A stretch of 64,000 bases of DNA, taken from assembly GCA_965248535.1 (NCBI GenBank), contig CBDFJR010000002.1, positions 1,536,001 through 1,600,000 on the forward strand. The letters run 5' to 3'. Source of the stretch: Phormidesmis sp. (GTDB taxonomy: Bacteria > Cyanobacteriota > Cyanobacteriia > Leptolyngbyales > Leptolyngbyaceae). Below, piece after piece: positions 61,987 to 64,000 of the stretch (the stretch's first letter is position 1; every line of letters starts with the position of its first letter). The position numbers and the translations under genes are program-made. Under the pieces are notes generated by a model, which worked only from the letters and a program-made list of their open reading frames with translations, ran no database searches and was not told the origin of the DNA.

Positions 61987-62289
61987 TTACCAGCTTGACT
62001 TGACCACGCCTGGCAAAAGCCCCTGGTGCGCCATTTCGCGAAAGACGTGGCGAGATAGACCAAAGTCGCTATAGACACCTCTAGACCGACCCGTAACCCA
62101 GCAAATCTTCCGCACTCGCACACGAGCACTGTTGCGAGGCAACTGCTGAATTTGACGATGGATTGCCAGCTTTTGCTGCTGAGTAGTCGCTTTTGCAAAC
62201 TGCTCTTTTAGCTCTGCTCGCTGTTCGGCATATTTTTCCACCGTTTCTTGGCGTTTTTTAGCCCGCTCAATCATGCTCTTCTTAGCCAT
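61987..62289 (-). CDS. rpsN: 30S ribosomal protein S14
   Basis: [42 protein letters not shown]. Confidence 0.98.
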   Translation of the reverse strand: MAKKSMIERAKKRQETVEKYAEQRAELKEQFAKATTQQQKLAIHRQIQQLPRNSARVRVRKICWVTGRSRGVYSDFGLSRHVFREMAHQGLLPGVVKSSW

Positions 62290-62390
62290 GAAGATTTTTG
62301 ACCCTTTTAAAAGACAGTGCCTCTCATTCTACCGAATTGATCGGGCGAGTGGAGAACTAGATTTGAGATTGTTGCACGATCGCGCTCACG

Positions 62391-62458
62391 AAGGTCGCAG
62401 ATTAAAGAATGTTAGTTATCTGCCAAGATAATGGGCACGGCAGTGCCATGCCCTTACA
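62391..62458 (-). repeat. 68-bp REP-like element, copy 5, overlapping the nth stop codon
   Basis: AAGGTCGCAGATTAAAGAATGTTAGTTATCTGCCAAGATAATGGGCACGGCAGTGCCATGCCCTTACA aligns without gaps to the 28553 unit. Confidence 0.8.
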
Positions 62459-63155
62459 CAAATGGCTTTACTAGGCTATCGGCTTCTAGAGTTGGCTTTT
62501 TAGATAGGTTTGCAGACGGACAGAGGTCGGCAAGCTCACAGCGATCGCACTGTGGATTTCGAGCCATGCAGGTTGCGCGACCGTGATAGATAATCCGAAT
62601 TGACCAATTTTCCCAGTCAGGTTGAGGAATCAGCTTGATCAAATCTCGCTCGACTTTGACGGGATCAGTGTTTTTGGTCAGTCCGAGTCGGTAGGTTAAT
62701 CGCTTAACGTGCGTATCGACCGTGACCCCCAGATTTACACCGTAGGCGTGAGCAGAGACGACGTTAGCCGTTTTGCGCGCCACCCCCGGAAGCTTGAGCA
62801 AATCTTCCATCGTTCTCGGCACTTGACCCTTAAACTCAGTCATGATCATCTGACACGCCGCCTGGATGTTCTTCGCTTTGTTGCGATAAAACCCCGTAGA
62901 GCGCACCAGATTTTCAAGCTCTGTCAAGTCTGCACCCGCCAGAGCCGTCGCATCGGGAAATCTGCGAAATAACTCTGGGGTCACTAAGTTAACTCTCGCG
63001 TCAGTGCACTGAGCCGACAAGATCGTCGCCACCATTAATTGAACGGGCGTTTCATAATCCAACGTGCACGGAGCTTGGGGGTAGAGACGCTTGAGACGAA
63101 TCAGAATCTCCAATGCCCGCTGTTTTTTGGCAGAAATCTTGCGCGTGATGCTCAC
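62454..63155 (-). CDS. nth: endonuclease III
   Basis: ILSAQCTD, HhH LPGVARKTANV, VDTHV, 4Fe-4S motif CMARNPQCDRCELADLC. Confidence 0.97.
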   Translation of the reverse strand: MSITRKISAKKQRALEILIRLKRLYPQAPCTLDYETPVQLMVATILSAQCTDARVNLVTPELFRRFPDATALAGADLTELENLVRSTGFYRNKAKNIQAACQMIMTEFKGQVPRTMEDLLKLPGVARKTANVVSAHAYGVNLGVTVDTHVKRLTYRLGLTKNTDPVKVERDLIKLIPQPDWENWSIRIIYHGRATCMARNPQCDRCELADLCPSANLSKKPTLEADSLVKPFV

Positions 63156-64000
63156 TATTGGGGAATCAGATTAACGGTGTCTCGAATGATCAGAAAAACA
63201 CCCAAGCCCAGCAGCAGCACCAATCCAGTTTGCATTACGCCATCTTGAATGCGGCTTGGCAAAGGTTTTCCACTGATGCCCTCAATGAGCAGAAAGGCGA
63301 GTTGCCCTCCATCTAAAGCAGGCAAAGGCAAAATGTTGATAACAGCTAGGTTAATGCTGATCAGAGCCGCAAAATTAAACAAGCTAGCAGAATCGGATTG
63401 AGCGATTTTGGCACCCGTCGCCACGATCGCCACCGGGCCGGCCACCTGCTCTGCGGTTTTGCTAAAGTTGCTGATCAATTGTCCAAATCCCTGCACTGTC
63501 AGCACGACAATACGCTGAAACTCTTCGGCCGCGATGCCAAAAATGCTCAAAAGATTGCTCGGACGCTGGTAGACTGTTTGACCATTGGGGCGAAGCTGCA
63601 CGCCAATCCGGCCTTTGCCTTGATCATCGGCTTTGGGGGTCAGGGTTAGCGAGACGGCCTCTCCTTGCCGCTGAATCTGTAGCTGAATGGGCTTGCCAGG
63701 GCTAGACTCGATCGCTCGGCGCAACGCCTCGGTTGCCTTCGCCGAAGCCTCTAGAGTCTGACCATTGACCGCGACAATCAAGTCGCCTTCTTTGACCCCC
63801 GCTTGGGCAGCGACCGCATCTTTAGTCACCACTTGCGGCACAATCACACCTGCTTGATAGTTAAAACTGGTGGGCAACCCCACGATCGCGAGTTGCGTCA
63901 CCAGCACCAGATAGGCAAACAAAAGATTAGAGACTACGCCCGCACTGATCACGATCGCTCGATCTAAAACAGGACGATTTCGCAGCAGATTGGGGTCATT
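63155..64000 (-). CDS. rseP: RIP metalloprotease RseP (5' end outside the window)
   Basis: DPNLLRNRPVLDRAIVISAGV..N, PDZ domain, NILPLPALDGG motif. Confidence 0.93.
   Translation of the reverse strand, partial: NDPNLLRNRPVLDRAIVISAGVVSNLLFAYLVLVTQLAIVGLPTSFNYQAGVIVPQVVTKDAVAAQAGVKEGDLIVAVNGQTLEASAKATEALRRAIESSPGKPIQLQIQRQGEAVSLTLTPKADDQGKGRIGVQLRPNGQTVYQRPSNLLSIFGIAAEEFQRIVVLTVQGFGQLISNFSKTAEQVAGPVAIVATGAKIAQSDSASLFNFAALISINLAVINILPLPALDGGQLAFLLIEGISGKPLPSRIQDGVMQTGLVLLLGLGVFLIIRDTVNLIPQ

Noticed and set aside
1..64000. High density of GCGATCGC as a novel repeat
   Set aside because: This is the known cyanobacterial HIP1 motif; I used it only as a taxonomic and foreign-DNA indicator

Overview
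A 64-kb stretch of a cyanobacterial chromosome. The HIP1 octamer GCGATCGC is very abundant and the gene content is typical; a filamentous Leptolyngbyaceae-like organism is plausible but not provable from this window. Most genes are housekeeping or core: infC, yebC, glk, pdxH, cdsA, cbiT, ychF, rbp, queD-like, proS, Omp85, tsaC, mnmA, aat, rpsN, nth, rseP, plus a probable 6S RNA. Accessory content includes: (i) a carbohydrate ABC-transporter cluster beside a PA14/NPCBM protein with a C-terminal domain I cannot assign; (ii) a predicted signal peptide-HEAT repeat-TM-NACHT receptor whose 105-bp repeats vary mainly at predicted binding-surface positions; (iii) a six-repeat beta-propeller gene; (iv) an isochorismatase-cupin-CocE/NonD gene run; (v) an orphan adenine methyltransferase behind a GATC cluster and a MITE-like element; (vi) an APC amino-acid permease fused to a histidine kinase. 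A 68-bp REP-like element (hairpin plus conserved tail) occurs five times. Three otherwise intact genes carry single-base frameshifts that look like sequencing errors. I saw no CRISPR array, transposase, integrase, rRNA or tRNA. All calls come from reading the sequence and recalling motifs; no database search was run.
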